Shown here piece by piece: positions 1 to 11,729 of a stretch of DNA of 51,993 nucleotides. The position numbers were made by a program, and so were the translations under genes. This stretch comes from Octopus bimaculoides (Eukaryota): assembly GCF_001194135.2 (NCBI RefSeq), contig NC_068982.1, positions 16,319,683 through 16,371,675 on the forward strand, read 5' to 3'. The first letter of the stretch is position 1. Each line of letters starts with the position of its first letter. Under the pieces are notes generated by a model that saw nothing but the letters and a program-made list of their open reading frames with translations, was not told where the DNA came from and ran no database searches.

Positions 1-238
1 TGTGTGTGTGTGTGTGTGTGTGTATATGTTTGTGTGTCTGCGTTTGACCCCCTCCCCCCAACATCGCTTGACAACCGATGGTGGTGTGTTTTTGTCCCCA
101 TAACTTAGCGGTTCAGCAAAAGAGACTGATAGAATAAGTACTAGGCTTACAAAGAATAAGTCGTGGAGACGATTTGCTCGACTAAAGGCGGTGCTCCAGC
201 ATGGCCGCAGTCAAATGACTGAAAAGAGTAAAAGAGTA
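1..238 (+). mobile_element. 3' half of tRNA-derived SINE, family A (octopus-type), with preceding (TG)n
   Basis: CATCGCTTGACAACCGATG...GGCGGTGCTCCAGCATGGCCGCAGTCAAATGACTGAAA; reverse complement of 4668-4900 and similar to 50800-51010. Confidence 0.9.
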
Positions 239-794
239 ACTAATAACAACATTCATCCATATGCATTTTGTATCTAGGCATCTGTTTATCCGGTAAGGAA
301 GTTTATTATGTTTCCTATGCTAAAGGAAAATGTGGAGAAAAGGCTAAGTGAATTTCTAACCAAATTAGTAGTGATTAGATTTGAAGCGTTAAAATAGACC
401 AGGTGTGTTAACGACAAATGGATGGCATAAACATAGACAACACGAATGAGAGTTAATTGATACTTTCTTTTATAGCCTAGGTGGGAGTTGTAAATGAATT
501 ATAAGTTGTGGAGACTGCTGTAACATGGTTGGCTGATTAAATTGTAATTTATGTTTTCTTAGATTCAAACCAGCTTTGAAGATCAGCCATCCTGGCTTTT
601 TAAGGATGTGTGACACTGCATAAACCAATATGTCCTGTGGTTTGAAGAAGATTTAGTTGCTTTTCATAGCAGGTGAGCAACCATGCAGAGGCTCAGTCTT
701 TCATCATCACCTTCAATTGCTAGCTATAAAGAAATATGAATTAAATACAATTTCTTTATTAATGCACAAATATAACGCTGGTCTACAAGGGGTT

Positions 795-2838
795 TTAGGA
801 AACAGAAATCATTCCTATACAAAATTGGTTTCCTGAATCCAAATATAACCTTTTTGACCTCTCAGATCTAATTTTTAAGTTATTGAACATCCCTATAGCC
901 ACTATATATGTGTTCATTACCTTATTCTAATTCTAAGTTTTTTTTCTTTCTCTATACTTTTTAGAGGTCGTGGTGAAGTAAGCAATAGAAAATGAGCAAG
1001 ATGTCCTCTTCAAAAAAAGATTCCCCAAATGTGTTTTGTTATGTTTGTGGAGAATACACATAACCTAAAAATCGAAAAAACATCACAAACTTTGTTGAAA
1101 GGGCAGATATGGTATATTTTGGGGTCAAGCTGGGAGAGCAAGATAAACATTGGGCACCACATAGTGTCTGCAAACAATGTACAGACCATCTGTGACAATG
1201 GACTAAAGGGACAAGGAAAAGTATGAGGTTTGCTATACCAATGATATGGCGGGGGCCCTATAATCACGTAGATGACTGCTATTTTTGTAACCTAAATTTG
1301 AAGGGTATTAACCGGAAAAATTGACAAACACTTGTCTATCCTAATCTTGCCTCTGCTATTAGACCAGTTCCATACAGTGAAGAGTTTCCTGTTTCTGTCT
1401 TCAATGTCTTGCCTCAGATAACTTTATCCCCAACCAAAGAAGATTCAGCACCTGAAGATGACACTAGAGATCAAGACTTTTCAGTTGAGACTTTACCTCA
1501 GCTATTTTCCCAGGTAACTGTGAATGATCTAACTCGTGACTTGAACCTCCCCAAAAATTCTACAGAACTGTTGGCTTCTTGACTGAAAGAGAAGAATCTT
1601 CTAGAGAATGGTGTCCATATAACCTTTTATCGGAGTCAGCATGAAGAGTTCCTTTCTTTCTTCACAAAAGAGGAAGAGCTGGTTTACTGCAGAGATGTCA
1701 GTGGGATTCTTAATAAACTTGGTATTGAGGAATACAAACCAGAGGAATGGCGTCTTTTCATAGACAACTCTAAGCATAGTTCAAAATGTGATTTGTTGCA
1801 CAACAGAAATGTGTATGGCTCTGTTCCATTCAGCCACTCAATAAAGAAATTAAGTTGGTTTTAGAGAAGACACTGTATCATAATCATAAACGGATCATCT
1901 ACGTTGACTTAAAGATGGTGAATTTTCTCATGGGACAGCAATCTGGTTATACCAAATACCCATGTTTTTTTTGCATTAGGGACAGTAGAGACTGAGTAAA
2001 CCACTATGTTAAGAAAGACTGACCACCTTGAACAAATATGGCTTCATGTAGAGCTGCCAATATATTGGAAGATCCTTTAGCTGAGTGAGATATTATCAAG
2101 CAATGCATCAAAGCTCTTGACAAAAATGGGGAGTGCTTCAAGTATATCTGCAGTGTATTTCCAGACTTGATGATTGGAAAACTTAAAGCACGGATTTTTG
2201 ATGGACCACAGATCTGTAGACACAAATTTTATGAAAATGATGAGCAAAAATGAAGCATCAGCTTGGCTAGTTTTTGCAGAAATAGTGCAAAATTTCCTTG
2301 TTATCAACTTGGTATCAACTTTTTGTGATATTGGTGTGAATAAGAGCATCAAAATGTATAATCTTTTTAGCTATCTTGATCGTTTTCCTGAAAATCTCAG
2401 AGATGTTAGTGATGAACAAGGTGAAAGATTCCATGATGACATCAAGGAGATGGAAACTCAGTTCCAAGGACATTGGGATGTTGTGATGATGACAGACTAT
2501 TGCTGGTGTTTAAAATGAGATACTCCTGTTGCTCAACATTCACAGTGCACAAAGAAGTGTAAATTTATTCCTTGAATTTTCTGCTAAAAATCTTTGCCAA
2601 TGTGTATTTTCAGTTTTGAATTTTCATTTGTACTTTGTTTTGTTTTGTGTTACACTCTCTTTATTGATTCATATTATATGTTTCTTGTATGATTAAAATA
2701 CTCTACCAGGTCTAGTCAGAAAACTAGCCCTGATAGAGAAAAACTGAAGTTATTTTTGAATTTAGCAGGCAAAATCACTTACGAATTCGTTGAAATATTC
2801 CAGGCACCAGACATAAAGAATTATTTGGTTGCCCATTA
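795..2838 (+). mobile_element. Decayed Chapaev3-like (CMC superfamily) DNA transposon
   Basis: Contains the transposase pseudogene at 992-2575. Imperfect inverted similarity between about 795-885 and about 2710-2838. Termini are degenerate and no TSD was resolved. Confidence 0.75.
992..2575 (+). pseudogene. Chapaev3-like transposase pseudogene
   Basis: Manual translation through stops: MSKMSSSKKDSPNVFCYVCGEYT*...GEQDKHWAPHSVCKQC...PMIWRGPYNHVDDCYFC...EWRLFIDNSK...VDLKMVNFLMGQQSGYTKYPCF...IFDGPQI...DVSDEQGERFHDDIK...MTDYCWCLK*...KKCKFIP*. These motifs match Chapaev3-type transposases as I recall them. Multiple stops, deletions and frameshifts. Confidence 0.85.
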
Positions 2839-3009
2839 TAATAAAAGAAATGAGCATGAACAGGTTTCATACAGACATATTGTGACTAATAAATATTCTC
2901 AACAACTCATCATTCATTTTAACGTAGTTTGTATATTACTGACCTGTAACCAACACTCAGAATCTCATTAGACATCTATTCTAGGTCACCAAAAGTAAAA
3001 TGCATTTAC

Positions 3010-3086
3010 TTTTGCAGTAGACATTTCTGAAGCATCTTTTCCAGATCTATGGCATTCGTGATCCCGTATCTTGCTGCAAACCCTAA
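3010..3086 (-). CDS. Candidate internal coding exon (77 nt) of the minus-strand host gene
   Basis: Acceptor gcttgcAG and donor AAA|GTaaat. Phase 1 in, phase 0 out, reading (V)RVCSKIRDHECHRSGKDASEMSTAK. Compatible with the phase-1 donor at 21814. Confidence 0.5.
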
Positions 3087-3814
3087 CTGCAAGCTATTAA
3101 TTGAGAAATTGAGAATGTAAAAGCTAATTTAGTGCTGTAGAGAGAGAGACTAGCATTTCATTAGCTTTTGTATTCTCAATTATTTTCATTACCTCACTTA
3201 TCAATCTTAGTCCTTGGTAGATTGTACTCATACTAACTTGTGTAGCAGTAAATTGATTAAATAGCATTATTTCTATCATTTGCAGAAACTTTGGCTGAGA
3301 ATTAATCCAGCTTTTCTGCTATCATCTGAATAATTTAATTACTCGCTGACAACTCATTAACTTGTATAGCTGGTGGTAAGTTATTCAGTTTCAATACTTG
3401 TTCCACTTATATTCAGCAGGGATTAAAAAATGACTCACAAATGTCCACAGTGATCAGGAAATACGTTTTTATCCAATTAATTTATTCTTACTTCATTCTT
3501 AATGTAAATGTAAAAATGTGAGTGTGCATGCGTGAGGGAGAGAAAGAGAGACAGACTTACAGATAGAGAGAATCCTGCATATACACAAACATACAATGCT
3601 TACTAAAAGCACAATGTTAATTGCTAAAATGTTGATAATAATAATTTTAAGAGGACTAAAATATTTTCTCATATATTATTATACTTATGAGAGTAATTAA
3701 TGATTTTGTTGTATTCCTCATAGAATATGAAATCAAATCCCTTGCTGGCAGTGGGCAAACAACTGTATTCCCATTGCCACAGTTAAGAATATATATATAC
3801 CAGATCATCTTTTA

Positions 3815-4452
3815 CTTGCATCAGTCGTTTGACTGCAGCCATTTTGTGGTTACTGCCTTGAAGGATTTTAGTCAGACAAATCAATCTCAGTACTTTTTTT
3901 TTTTTTAAGGCTGGTACTTGTTGTATCGGCCTCTGTTGCCAAACTGCTACATAATGGGAATGTACACAAACCAACACCAGTTGTCAATTGGTGGTGTGGA
4001 ACAAACACGTACACAAAGACACACACTAAAATACATACACATACACACACACACACACACATATATAATGAGCTTCTTTCAGTTTCTTATTTCGTTATTG
4101 CCCACAAGGGGCTAAACATAGAGGGGACAAACAAGAACAAACAAATAGACTAAGTCGATTGTATCGACCCCAGTGTGTAACTGGTACTTATTTAATCGAC
4201 CCTGAAAGGATGAAAGGCAAAGTCGACCTCGGCGGAATTTGAACTCAGAACATAGCGGCAGACGAAATACCGCTAAGCATTTCGCCCGGTGTGCTAACGT
4301 TTCGGCCAGCTCGCCGCCTTTCAGTTTCTGTCTACCAAATCCACTTACAAGGCTTTGGTCAATCCATGGCTATAGTAGAAGACCCTTACCTAGCTGCTAT
4401 GCCATGGGCTGAACTTGGAACCATGTGGTTGGGAAGCAAGCTTCTTACCACA
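3815..4452 (-). mobile_element. SINE family A copy interrupted by a family B insertion
   Basis: 3' part at 3815-4087 and tRNA-like head at 4318-4452, rejoining at the duplicated CTTTCAGTTTCT. Confidence 0.85.
4088..4317 (-). mobile_element. tRNA-derived SINE family B with 12-bp TSD
   Basis: Sense strand reads GGCGGCGAGCTGGCCGAAACGTTAGC...GAGTTCAAATTCCGCCGAGGTCGACTTTGCCTTTCATCC (B box GTTCAAATTCC). TSD CTTTCAGTTTCT at 4076-4087 and 4318-4329. Confidence 0.9.
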
Positions 4453-4667
4453 TTGCTTACATCTGGTAATGTTCCCTGCAATAGATTGGCATGCTATCTA
4501 AAACAGGATTTATCTTTCATCAACTTAATGCTTCGAAACCAGACCTTAGTGAGTTTCATTGTTTCATGTTACAGTTTCAAATACTAGACTTGAAATAATT
4601 CAAATAGCAAAAGAGGGGCTAAGCCGGAACATATCGAATAATGCCCTTTCCGACACGAAGCTATCTC

Positions 4668-5081
4668 TTTTACTCTCTTTTTACTCTTTTACATGTTTCA
4701 GTCATTTGACTGCGGCCATGCTGGAGCACCGCCTTTAGTCGAGCAAATCAACCCCCAGGACTTATTCTTTGTAAGCCTAGTACTTATTCTATCGGTCTCG
4801 TTTTGCCGAACCGCTAAGTTACGGGGACATAAACACACCAGCATCGGTTGTCAAGCGATGTTGGGGGACAAACACAGACACATAAACATACACACACACA
4901 CATATATATACATATATACAACGGGTTTCTTTCAGTTTCCGTCTACCAAATTCACTCACAAGGCTTTGGTCGGCCCGAGGCTATAGTAGAAGACACTTGC
5001 CTAAGGTTCCATGCGATGGGACCGAACCCAGAACCATGTGGTTCGTAAGCAAGCTACTTACCACACAGCCACTCCTATGCC
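4668..5081 (-). mobile_element. Full-length, relatively young SINE family A
   Basis: Sense head GGCATAGGAGTGGCTGTGTGGTAAGTAGCTTGC...GGGTTCGGTCCC, central (TA/TG)n, 3' end GACTGAAAC; many CpGs retained. Confidence 0.9.
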
Positions 5082-5704
5082 TATCTGTTGAGAAAAAACA
5101 AACGTTACACAAAGCAATAGATGCAACTCTCCATATTCAAACATCTAATTATAAATCTGAAAAATCAGTTGTGTGCTTAGGCACAGGTATAGCTGTGTGG
5201 TTAAGATGTTTACTTTGCAACTATGTGGATGCAGCTTCAATACCACTGCTTGGCACACTAGGCAAGTGTCTTCTACTAAAGCATAACTTTAATCGGTGCC
5301 ATATGAGTGAAATGTGGTTAGCAGAAATTGTATGGAAGCACAATGTGTGTGTATGTGCGTGTGTGCAAGTGCATGCATATGTGTACATGTGCTTGTCTTT
5401 GTCTCTTTTGACATGGTCATCGTTTGGGTAAAGGAGACATGTTTTATGTCTGGCTGCTCAACATTGTGGAGATATAGAATAAAGTGCCTTAATTGGAAAT
5501 ATGTAATGGTTGGCATCAGGAAGAGCACCCAGCAACAGTCTCATTCAACTCATACCAGTATAGAAAAAGCAGGTATGAAAACAATGATGATGATGATGGC
5601 GTGTCACTTCACCAACAAATCACTAACAATTACTAATGAAAATGTATGACAACTTCTTACATTACTTTGTATATTTTGTATTAAAATTTATGTTTTTTTC
5701 TTTT

Positions 5705-6255
5705 TTTATTTGTTTCAGTCATTAGACTGCAACCATGCTGGGGCACTGCCTTGAGAAATTTTAGTTGAACAAATCGACCCCAGCATTTGTCTTTTCCTAA
5801 GCCTGGAACTTATTCTATCAGTCTCTTTTGCTGAACTGTCAAGTTATGGATGCATAGACAACACCGGCCATCAATCAGTGGTTGGCAGACAAACACATAC
5901 ACACATACATATATGTAAAAAGCACCCACTACACTCTTGGAGTGGTTGACGTTAGGAAGGGCATCCAGCTATAGAAACATTGCCAGATCAAATTGGAGCC
6001 TGGTGCAACCTCCTGGCTTGCCAGTCCTCAGTCAAACCATCCAACCCATGGAAAGCGGATGTTAAATGGTGACAGTGATGATGATGATGATATATATGAT
6101 GAGCTTCTTTTAGTTTCCATCAACCAAATCCACTCACAAGACTTTGCTTGGCCTGAGGCTACAGAAGAAGACACTCGCCCAAGGTGCCATTCAGTGGGAC
6201 TGAATCCAGAACCGTGTGGTGGGAAGCAAGTTTCTTGTTGCACAGTCACTCCAGT
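5705..6255. mobile_element. Family A SINE (minus) with an RTE-tailed family C segment (plus, about 5915-6090) in its central microsatellite
   Basis: Family A 3' part at 5705-5910 and head at 6100-6255 flank GTTAGGAAGGGCATCCAGCT...GATGATGAT. Confidence 0.75.
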
Positions 6256-6561
6256 GCTTAAGATGGTGACCACTGCAGTTAGTGGCAAAATGCTACAATG
6301 AAAAATCCCTACCTAATCTGGGAAAACATGGAAAACAGATATGAAGAAATGCTGGCGATGCGGATAGATGTTGCAATTCATAATATCTGCATTTGGGTCT
6401 CTCTCTCACTCATTATATTCATACTGCATTTCAACGCTACGAACATTCTTTCTTACAATCTTCCCCTTTCATCCTATATTAGTCGTCATCACCTGTCTTA
6501 ATTGATACCCTAATCCACCACTTTTCCAATGCCATTAATCCCACCTCTATATCTCAATGTA

Positions 6562-6565
6562 GGCA

Positions 6566-6598
<33 letters not shown>

Positions 6599-6680
6599 GC
6601 AATCATCCCTTCACATTTTCATTATTCCCACTCCCATCACACTGTCTCTCTCCTATCACTCTCTCTCTCTCTCCCCTTTC

Positions 6681-6768
<88 letters not shown>

Positions 6769-6956
6769 CGACTCTATCACCCCAGTTCTCTGCTGTTATT
6801 CTTTCTTTTGTCACCTTCTCACTCTTGTATCAGAGACAAGACAAGGAAGACAGGAGGGACTCTTACAAATCTTGCCAGAAGGAGACGACTTCTCTGATCC
6901 CAGTGAACAGAGACAATGTAGTGACAATATAGTCTCTCTCCCTCTCTCTCTCTCCC

Positions 6957-6991
<35 letters not shown>
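6562..6991. repeat. Compound (CT)n/(CA)n/(CT)n microsatellites
   Basis: Directly visible dinucleotide runs; they generate the spurious SLSL/HTHT/ERER ORFs. Confidence 0.95.
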
Positions 6992-7918
6992 TGCGCAGGT
7001 ATCATGATAAAATGCTTTGAGTACACACTGTAAAGGGGATTTGCAACAGGAAGGGCATCCAGCTGTAGGAAAATAGAACATCCTTGAAAGACATAGTCCC
7101 AGACTTGTCTGGGAGGATTCTAACTACAAATAAGAACTGACAAAGACTGTGACGACCAATCTAATTCGTGCCACCATGGGAAAAAAAAAAAAAGACAGAC
7201 ATGAAATGATGATGATGATTGCATTCATGTTTGTGTGTGTGTGTGTGTGTGTATGTGTGAAAACGTAAACACATACATATAAATACTCTCACACACACAC
7301 TCACACACATATGAGTATATAGCACATGGCATTTCTATTCTTTCTTACTGAAACATTAACTTCAATTTGGTATTTTATTTACATTTTTACTTTTGTTTTT
7401 TTTTTTCTTTCTTTTTATCATAAAATTGTCATGCGAAGTATTCTAATCCTTCTGTTTTTTTTTCTGTTATTCTCCAATTAACTTTCTTTATTGTCAGACA
7501 TTAATACAATTGGCATTAAATAGAAATACGCTTTCTGAAGTTCTTATGATCTAGTTGACAATATTCTACTCTCTTAAAAGAATATTTCCTAACAAACATA
7601 TAATTCCACGAATATGGACAGAATGGTGCTGCCAGTTGCATCAAGCAACTGCTTGCCTTTTACTTTATTTTATTAACCCTGAAAGTACAAACTGCAAAGT
7701 AAACTCCAATGGGAATTGAACTCAAGACCTAAAGCACTGCAAATATCACAGGGCATTTTGTCAATCACTCTATCACTTCTACCAATCCACTAATCAAAGT
7801 ATTAAAATATCAGTTAGTCAATTCAAATAGCTTTTTTGTAGAGTCAACTGAAGCAACAGATAAGATCCTTTGGAAATTTTAATAGGAAATATAATATTCT
7901 TTTCTACTCTAGGCACAA

Positions 7919-7963
<45 letters not shown>

Positions 7964-8369
7964 TGTATATATACACGACAGGCTTCTTTCAGTTTCTGTC
8001 TACCAAATCCATTCACAAGGCTTTGGTCGGCCTAAGGCTATAGTAGAAGACACTTGCCCAAGGTGTCACACAGTGGGACAGAACCTGGAACCATGTGGTT
8101 GGTAAGGAAGCTACTTATCACACAGCCATGCCTGCACTTATATACATGTGTATATGTAACATCCATCCATCATCATCATCATTTAGCATGCATGTTCCAT
8201 GCTGGCATGGGTTGGATAATTTGACAAGGATCCAATGAGTCGAGGACTGCATTGTGCTCCAGTGTCTGCTTTGGTATGGTTTCTATGGCTCGATGCCTGA
8301 AAGGTTCTTTAAATATAGAGGACAGTTTCTGACCTAATCAGAAGTAGAAAGATATTCTGATAGCATAAC

Positions 8370-8830
8370 TGCCCAAATACAAATAGGATGGAGAAAGTTT
8401 GGGGTGTTAGCATCATCGCTGGCAACTATAGGATTCTTTCTGTGAATGAAGAGTACACTGTATAATGTACAGTAACAGAATTGGATAGTTGATGACGGTA
8501 GATGTGCAAAAGCTAAAAAGAAATGGGGCAAGCACGCTCTGCTGGATGTGTTATGCTCATAGGAATGAACAATGGAGCACGAATGAACTGAGAATCAAAA
8601 AAAAAAAAAGGAGAAGCAGTAGTTGCATGCAAGAAAGGATTGATTGTGCAGTATGTATGAAGGATGGCATTTGGAATAAGGAAGAGCCAAATGATCCAAG
8701 TAATAGGAAACGGTTGATGAAGAAGATCAAAGAATACATGGGAAGAAGTGGTAAAAGTTGATCTCAGGATGTTGAACGAAGATGACAAAAGGTTTTGCTA
8801 GAGAAGACTTGTCCTATCCACGAAGGCATG
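8370..8830 (+). mobile_element. Decayed 3' end of an RTE-clade LINE
   Basis: Remnants of typical RTE ORF2 C-terminal motifs (LCWMC, ELR, TW.EVV..DLRML). Confidence 0.65.
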
Positions 8831-9295
8831 AAACAAATAGACTTTAAAATGGTGACGCAAATTTTTAAGGAAATTTTATTTATTCAAGAAATCCATTATC
8901 ATTAAATCCAGTTTTGGTCTATGCCAGCACAGTAAATATAATATATATTTTAACCAAAGTAAATCGCAGACAGACAAAAATGTAACAAAAACAGCAAAGA
9001 ATTAGTTGAAAGTCAATATATTGTACGACTGGCAATCTGTATATTTTTCTATACATTTCTTAAGTAAAGAATACAGACAGCTGCAAATCACTTATTTTAA
9101 GTAGATACCATGTTAATAGCCAACAACACATCAAAGGCTTGGTTACAAATAAATGCTCTTAATTACAACAAATTTAATGGTTAATATTGTAGATGATATT
9201 GTCTTGTGAACCTATTACACTCGAGTGATTGTTTACTTTTGTCCTGAACAAAGGAAAATGGTTTTAGTTTTTTGCCTGGTTATAGTTTTTTTTTT

Positions 9296-9346
9296 NNNNN
9301 NNNNNNNNNNNNNNNNNNNNNNNNNNNNNNNNNNNNNNNNNNNNNN
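9296..9346. other. Assembly gap (N run); other gaps at 11678-11687, 24645-24798, 42154-42164 and 46563-46572
   Basis: Ns in the sequence, most adjoining simple repeats. Confidence 1.
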
Positions 9347-10141
9347 GTTTTAGTTTGTTTTTTTTTCCTAGCTACTTTAAAGTAGCTTGTTCAGTTCATA
9401 TTCAATAGTGGACATGATGATGATAATGATTTAGGCACACAAAATGACAATTTGGAGGAGAGTAGGGGTTAATCAAGTACGTCAACCTCAGTACTTGACT
9501 GGTACTTTATTTTACTGACCCTGGAGGAATGAAAGGAAGAGCTGACCTCAGTAAGATTTTAACTCAGAATGTTAAAAAGCCTTAACTAAATACTGCAAAA
9601 CATTGTGCCTGGAGTTCTATCGATACTTCCAATCCAATCCCCTAAATTCCATAATAATAATAATAATTCATTAAAAAATCTAAAACTAGAGATCAAAAAG
9701 ATGTGATTCCTTGACACAAAATCAATCCCAGTTATCCTTCAGTATGGCAAAAAATTGGTGGGTTCAAGAAGCACTTTAGCAACTTCCAAGAAACTTTGCT
9801 CCAAGAAATTAAAAAGAAATAGTACTGTGAATAGCAGCACTACACACATACTGCAAAGAGCCCACGAAATTAAACAGTAAATTCTAGTGTCCTTGTAAAT
9901 CAATTTCACACGTCCTAAATATCTGGTTTGCCACTTCATTAAAAGTACTGACACTTCTACACTAAGCAGTTTTATACAAAGGGTCATCGTCAACATTTAA
10001 TGTCTCTTTTCCATGTTGGCATGGGTTGACAGAATCTAGCAAGCCACAAGCCTGCATCAAGCTCCAATGTAAGCTTTAGCATGATTTCTACAGCTGGATG
10101 CCCTTCCTAATGCCAACTACTCTACAATGTGTACTGAATGC

Positions 10142-10177
<36 letters not shown>

Positions 10178-10640
10178 TCTCTCTCTCTCTCTCTCACCAG
10201 CACCAGTGAGATCACCAGACAAGTTGCATGACAGAAAAAGAATAGGGAAAAAAACAACTTAACTAAATGCGTGTGCGTGTACGTATGCATATGTGAATAA
10301 GTGTTTGTAAGAAAGAAGAAAGTCAAACATAACTTTGGCAAGATTTGAACTCAGAACACCCACAATGTATTTTTTGTCCTACACTCTAACAATTCTGTCA
10401 ATTAAGAATTAATTCTACCCTTAAGAAACACAAGGCCAGTAATTGTAGAAAGAGGAAATAGCTAACTGTATCAATCCCTGTACTTAACAGGTATGTTGTT
10501 TTATCAACACATGAAAGACGAAAGGCAAAGCCAACCACAAAACAATCTGAACTCAGAACATGTAGAAGTGGAACAAATACAGCAAGGTGTTTTGTCTGAA
10601 ATTCTAATGATTCTGCTAATGTATCATGCTAACATAATAA

Positions 10641-11099
10641 TAATGGGCTACAGCAAATATTCTGCTCAATACCACAGATTAGCTTGTCAGTTGTTTGACC
10701 GTAACCACTTGAGCATGTCCCTTAGTAGCTGATGATATGTGCATCTCTGATCACAAGTAGTAGTCGGGGAGCATCATAGCCATGTGTTGAGAGGAATTCT
10801 ATGGGGTTTGGATAATTCACCTCTGGAAACATGGATGTTTCATTCATCTTCCTTAAACAAACCTTATTCAGGGACCTTTTGAGGGGGAGGGGTTACTCCA
10901 CCTGAAGAAAATTCTAACTGGGCCCCACCTGCAAGGTCATGCGCTGTTTATCTTGATATGAGATCACCATGTCGCACACATATGGTCGTGATGCATGTGC
11001 CTGGTGTACCCTTATCAGACAGGTAGTCATGATGGGTATACTGGGCTTCGTATATTTTACCCCAGTGTCACTCTGATGACATGCACTGATCTCTCACTC

Positions 11100-11131
<32 letters not shown>
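10641..11131 (+). mobile_element. 3' end of a non-LTR retroelement ending in an (AAT)n tail
   Basis: GC-richer block ending CTCTCACTC followed by (AAT)10; recognised as a common octopus interspersed repeat. Confidence 0.65.
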
Positions 11132-11133
<2 letters not shown>

Positions 11134-11687
11134 GTTTCAATTATGGCACAAGGACATCAATTTCAGGGAAGGGGGCAAGTCGATTACATTGACCCCAGTG
11201 CTACACCAGTACTTAATTTTATTGACCCTGGAAGGATCAATGGAACTTCAACTCAGAATGTAAAAACAGACAAAATGCCACTTTCTGTCACCTTCCTTTA
11301 TTTTCAGAAAATGTTACTCTTAGAATTCAAACAAACATTAAAGGGACTGAAGTTCTTGACTAATTCAAAACTTTAGCTATATTAACCTAGGTATACCAAC
11401 CTGTCTAACAATTTTAGTTTGCACAGCATATATACATATATAAAAATATTGAAGTGTTTAAAACAGCGAAATTTAAGTCGTCAAGATGGATACAACAAAT
11501 ATTTTACTGCGTAGGTGTGTTTTATATTTTCACTGAAGATTAATATTTCTTTGTTGTGCAGAATTGCTTATACTATGCGATCACAGCAGCTGGATTTTAC
11601 TAACAAAATGGGAAAGCAATAGATCAATGGATATAATTATTTTATTGATGCACTTCAAAGTAAAACATTGGATGTGTNNNNNNNNNN

Positions 11688-11729
<42 letters not shown>

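Noticed and set aside
3286-3375. Plus-strand segment with good acceptor (catttgcAG) and donor (TG|GTAAGT)
   Set aside because: All three frames contain stops and no partner exons are evident; at most a non-coding antisense exon
4990-5081. tRNA gene (A/B-box-like sequence in SINE heads, several copies)
   Set aside because: No complete cloverleaf or acceptor stem; continues into SINE body
4291-6301. ORFs of 66-144 aa overlapping SINE copies (recurring SVYQIHSQGFG, WMPFLTPTT type peptides)
   Set aside because: Recurring peptides come from SINE consensus sequence, not from a gene family
3868-7081. Many supplied ORFs rich in CVCV/HTHT/SLSL/ERER/YIYI (also at 11.6, 24.8, 39.9, 42.0 and 48.3-49.1 kb)
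   Set aside because: Translations of dinucleotide microsatellites; no coding signal
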